64,000 bases of DNA from Octopus bimaculoides (taxonomy: Eukaryota): the NCBI RefSeq assembly GCF_001194135.2, contig NC_069004.1, forward strand, positions 27,853,347 to 27,917,346, read 5' to 3'. The notes below the pieces were generated by a model. The model saw only the letters and a program-made list of their open reading frames with translations, was not told the DNA's origin and did no database searches. Shown in pieces: positions 61,990-64,000 of the stretch; within the stretch, counting starts at the first letter, position 1, and each line of letters opens with the position of its first letter. The position numbers and the translations under genes were made by a program.

Positions 61990-62600
61990 CCGTAGGCACA
62001 GGCATGACTGTGGGTAAGACGCTTGCTTCTTAACCATGTGGTCTTGGTTTCAATCCTTCTGTGCAAGCGTCTGCTACTATAGCTGCATTTCGACCAAAGC
62101 ATTGTGAGAGAATTTGATAAGCAGAAACTGAAAGGCGGTGAGCTGGCAGAAACGTTAGCATGCCGGGCAAAATGCTTAGCGGTATTTCGTCTGCCGTTAC
62201 GTTCTGAGTTCAAATTCTGCCAAGGTCGAGTTTGCCTTTCATCCTTTCAGGGTCGATAAATTAAGTACCAGTTATGCACTGGGGTCGATGCAATCGATTT
62301 TATCCCTTTGTCTGTCCTTGTTTGTCCCCTCTATGTTTGGCCCCTTGTGGGGCAATAAAGAAATAAGAAAGTGAAAGAAGCCTACCATATAGGTGTCGTT
62401 GTGCTGTGTTTCCCTCATCACCGCCACTTGACAGTTGGTGTTAGATTGTTTACAACCCTTGTAATTTAGCAGTTCAATAAATGAGATAGAATAAATACCA
62501 GACTTCAAAAAAAAAAAAAATCTACAGGTCAATTTGTTTGCCTGGGCCCTTCAATGCAGTGCTTCAATATCGCTGTAGTTCAATGACTTCAACAAGGTGA
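61990..62600 (+). mobile_element. Old SINE-B with a nested young SINE-A (62135-62365)
   Basis: TSD AGAAA(C/G)TGAAAG at 62123-62134 / 62366-62377; the B body resumes at AAGCC. Confidence 0.85.
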
Positions 62601-63439
62601 AGATAAAAATAAATAAACAAAACGTTTGGACTGAAAACCAGGTGAGGGGGTCAGTTATGAGATGTCACAACTCCACTTCTCCTCACGGCATATGAACTTA
62701 CCTTTAATCATGAATTTAAAGTTTGTTTAGTTTGGTTCATAGTCTCAAAGGTGTTGACATCTAGACTAAAGGATTTACACTGTCTAATTTGCTAATTCAT
62801 GGTTCTGTGTTCAAATCCCATTAGAGTGAACTTTGTTTTATCTCAGTAAAGTTGATAAATTAAGTATGAATAATAATAATAATAATAATATACTCGAGTT
62901 GGCTTCATCGACAACATACCATTTCCCATTTACACTCAGGTCTATACATCATCAACAATACCTTCTCTCGTTTCTCTATGATTTATATATATATATACTT
63001 CAAAAAGAAATCAATATTTGGTGGTTAGCCAGTATTCAAAAGGTGAACATCTTTAAAACAAATGTTATATACTTCATAATAATTATAATTACACCTCATT
63101 AAAAACAGATACTGTAATTTGAAATGAAAGAGAGATAAATTATCATCAAGCATCTCCTTAATAACGTTATGAAGTGTGGAGATGTTACAGATGTTCCATA
63201 GAATTGTCATTGGTAGCCGTGATAACGAATCATTGGTGAGTGGGTTGATGATGTAACCGATAACATTACATACGTGACACCCTACTGTATGTGTTCACTA
63301 TACTGTATTCTCTTCTGAGCTATTTTCTTTCATCCACATTGTTGACACCTATGTGTGTGTATGTATATATATGTGTGTGTCTGTGTACATATACAAATTC
63401 ATATGTCTATATGTGTGTAAAAAGTACCCATACTGGTGT

Positions 63440-64000
63440 CTTGTACACAGCACCTGTGCTGGTGCCACTTAAAAACCACCCGGTACACTCAGTAAAGTGG
63501 TTGGTGTTAGAAAGGGCCTCCAACTGTAGAAGCCATACCAAAACAAACAAGTGGAGTCTGGTAGAGCTCTCTGGTTTACCAGCTCCTGCCAAACCGTCCG
63601 ACTCATGCCAGCATGGAAAACGGACGTTAACCCTTTAGCATTCACATTATTCTTTTCTGCTCTAGGCACAAGGCCTGAAACTTTTGGGGAGTAGGAGGCA
63701 GTTGATTAGATCCACCTCAGTATGTAACTGGTACTTAATTTTGACCCTGAAAGAATGAAAGGCAAAGTCGACCACAGCAGAATTTGAACTCAGAACGTAA
63801 AGACAGACAAAATACCACTAAGCATTTCACCCAGCATGCTAACGTTTCTGCCAGCTCCCCCCCCCCTGCATTCATATTATTCTGTCAAAAGTAAGGCCTA
63901 TTTATTCTCCTTGTTTTGAATTAATCATGTATTATCTTGTAGCTTTGAGATTTTGATAAGGTAGCTGTTAATTTTTAGAACGATACTGTAGCGTTGGTGT
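63440..64000. mobile_element. Nested RTE tail (63440-63630), piggyBac-type MITE (63631 to window end) and SINE-A (63654-63867, minus)
   Basis: The MITE begins at the TTAA (63627-63630) of the RTE motif GGACGTTAA; the SINE is flanked by a 16 bp TSD GCATTCA(C/T)ATTATTCT at 63638-63653 / 63868-63883. Confidence 0.88.

Overview
AT-rich animal genomic DNA from a gapped short-read assembly. There are nine N-runs: 1027-1549, 4046-4185, 6041-6340, 7663-7898, 8956-9538, 18009-18845, 42403-42735, 43445-43990 and 44966-45117; most abut (TA)n, (CA)n, (GAT)n or poly(A) tracts. The repeat content (several modular tRNA-derived SINE families, RTE-type (GAT)n tails, dense microsatellites) resembles octopus DNA. 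That assignment is my inference from recalled repeat families, not a database result. I recognise no host protein-coding gene. The long ORFs in the supplied track come from microsatellites or N-gaps, and the short ORFs with recognisable protein motifs are transposon debris. The window looks intronic or intergenic and is dominated by mobile DNA: a ~1 kb internally deleted D,D34D mariner; RTE, CR1-like and possibly RLE-type LINE 3' fragments; TTAA (piggyBac-type) and hAT-type MITEs; and many SINEs. The strongest lead is a ~300 bp element at 49270-49571. It joins a tRNA-like Pol III head to a degenerate Penelope-type hammerhead-ribozyme core and is bracketed by a 34 bp inverted copy of its own tail, so it is a candidate Penelope-mobilised ribozyme SINE. 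Two weaker hammerhead-like motifs lie at 17950-17994 and 19229-19297. A second theme is combinatorial swapping of heads and tails among the SINE families.
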